NCBI GenBank assembly: GCA_018715495.1
Contig: DVLO01000021.1
Location: 32,630-96,629, forward strand
Length of the DNA stretch: 64,000 nucleotides
From: Candidatus Limihabitans stercoravium
Lineage (GTDB): Bacteria; Bacillota; Clostridia; Christensenellales; CAG-314
Direction: 5' to 3'
Below, in pieces: positions 63,088 through 64,000 of this stretch (the first letter of the stretch is position 1; every line of letters starts with the position of its first letter). A program made the translations under genes and the position numbers. Under the pieces are notes generated by a model, which saw only the letters and a program-made list of their open reading frames with translations, was not told the origin of the DNA and searched no databases.

Positions 63088-64000
63088 ATGGGTTGGTTCA
63101 AATCGCAAATGTGGAAAGTGTTGGAGTGGAAGGACGAAAGTCAGGACACAATGGTGCATCGCTTCGACATGCAAGGCAAAGAAATAATGAGCGGTTCGCA
63201 ATTAACCGTCAGAGAGTCGCAGGCAGGCGTGTTTGTGCATCAGGGCAAAATCGCCGACGTTTTCGGTCCCGGTCAGCACAAACTTACAACACGCAACCTG
63301 CCCATTCTTTCGGCAATAGGCAGTATCTGGTATCAGGGGGAAAGCCGTTTCAAAGCGGAGTTGTACTTTGTCAACACCAAGCAGTTTGTGGACTGCAAGT
63401 GGGGCACCAACAATCCCATCACCATGCGTGACAAGGAATTCGGTGCCGTGCGTGTGCGTGCTTTCGGCAATTACTCTTTCAGAGTCAACGACCCTGCGGA
63501 ATTTTTGCGGGAAGTGTTTGGCACCAACGGCAAATTCGGCGTGCAGGACATCGAAAGCAATCTCAAAAGCATTCTTGTTTCGCAAATGAGCGACACCATT
63601 GCCGAAAGCGGCATTTCCGCTTTGGACATGGCAATGAACTACCAGGAATTCGGCAACATGATACGTGACAACGCCCAAGCCAAATTTGACGCCATAGGTT
63701 TGGAACTGACGGACTTCAACATCATCAACATCAGTTTGCCCGAAGCGGTGGAAAAGGCAATAGACGAACGTGCAAGTTTGGGAATACTTGCCGACCAGAT
63801 GGGCACCTACACGCAAAAGAAGGCGGCGGACGCTCTCGGCGATGCGGCGAAAAACCCCGGTTCTATGGGTACTTTCATGGGTATCGGTTTGGGAGCGCAG
63901 GCAGGCGGTATTTTGGGGACGGCATTCGGCAGTGCGCAAAATGCCCAAAACAAGCCCAAGGACAGTAAATTCTGCCCCGAATGCGGTGCCAAAATCAGCG
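63088..64000 (+). CDS. ydjI: SPFH/band-7-like protein of the YdjI (virion-core-protein-like) type with C-terminal zinc ribbon; 3'-truncated by the window edge
   Basis: Translated by hand: ATG 63088 after AAAGGAG, open to nt 64000. MGWFKSQMWKVLEWKDESQDTMVHRFDMQGKEIMSGSQLTVRESQAGVFVHQGKIADVFGPGQHKLTTRNLPIL...KFCPECGAKIS is collinear with my recollection of B. subtilis YdjI. Not in the ORF track because it has no stop codon. Confidence 0.8.
   Translation, partial: MGWFKSQMWKVLEWKDESQDTMVHRFDMQGKEIMSGSQLTVRESQAGVFVHQGKIADVFGPGQHKLTTRNLPILSAIGSIWYQGESRFKAELYFVNTKQFVDCKWGTNNPITMRDKEFGAVRVRAFGNYSFRVNDPAEFLREVFGTNGKFGVQDIESNLKSILVSQMSDTIAESGISALDMAMNYQEFGNMIRDNAQAKFDAIGLELTDFNIINISLPEAVEKAIDERASLGILADQMGTYTQKKAADALGDAAKNPGSMGTFMGIGLGAQAGGILGTAFGSAQNAQNKPKDSKFCPECGAKIS

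Noticed and set aside
62974-63201. N-terminal 76-aa extension of the minus-strand ORF 62257..63201
   Set aside because: The extension crosses the RBS and start of the divergent SPFH gene and its promoter region. The internal ATG at 62973 has a GGAGG RBS.
63202-63948. 248-aa minus-strand ORF in the supplied track
   Set aside because: It is exactly antisense to the hand-translated YdjI-like SPFH gene (63088..>64000), which has a strong RBS and recognisable family sequence. The antisense product is Arg/His/Cys-rich and resembles no family.

Overview
64-kb chromosomal window from a low/moderate-GC, Gram-positive-type anaerobe. The gene content, lipoprotein signal peptides and GGAGG-type RBSs look Clostridia-like, but the taxon is inference. 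About 55 real genes explain the window, and almost all long antisense ORFs in the supplied track are shadows of them. Layout: (i) 1-14.4 kb is a co-directional glycan-utilisation locus: two Ig-like/jelly-roll surface proteins, GH43, a CUT1-type ABC importer with its own unusually long ATPase, an SGNH esterase and a GH36 alpha-galactosidase. (ii) 14.6-24.6 kb holds pyruvate kinase, psuK-psuG and an anaerobic ribonucleotide reductase set. There nrdG and nrdD are split by an AT-rich two-gene insert carrying a DpnI-like methyl-dependent endonuclease. nrdD has NrdR boxes and a C-terminal CxxC thioredoxin-fold extension, and is followed by a TrxB-like reductase. (iii) 24.8-36.5 kb holds a 3-module giant lipoprotein, a tandem C39-like lipoprotein and assorted enzymes. 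(iv) A tRNA-Met/Glu/Val cluster (36.67-36.91 kb) is followed by a 270-bp insert that ends in a copy of the tRNA-Val 3' end. (v) 37.6-57.9 kb holds an Mrp ATPase, a MacB/FtsX-type ABC exporter, three tandem XRE-HTH membrane paralogs, a membrane-protein/CrtI-like/FNR-like redox cluster, an LRR surface protein, Bcp and Dut. (vi) 58.0-62.2 kb starts with tRNA-Ser(GGA) and an array of 185-bp repeats, each ending in the tRNA-Ser 3' end. An AT-rich islet follows, with a retron (consensus promoter, structured leader, 77-aa tail-anchored protein, retron-type RT), a divergent XRE/SLOG(DUF1273) pair with three palindromic operators, and two tandem copies of an unclassified ~145-nt promoter-to-terminator RNA. 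(vii) A hypothetical gene and a YdjI-type SPFH gene run off the right edge; the SPFH gene is absent from the ORF track. The best candidate for something new is the retron locus, whose only co-operonic partner is a tiny tail-anchored protein. The neighbouring twin sRNAs and the tRNA-3'-end-capped repeat family are the next most interesting. No rRNA, CRISPR array, transposase or integrase was seen.
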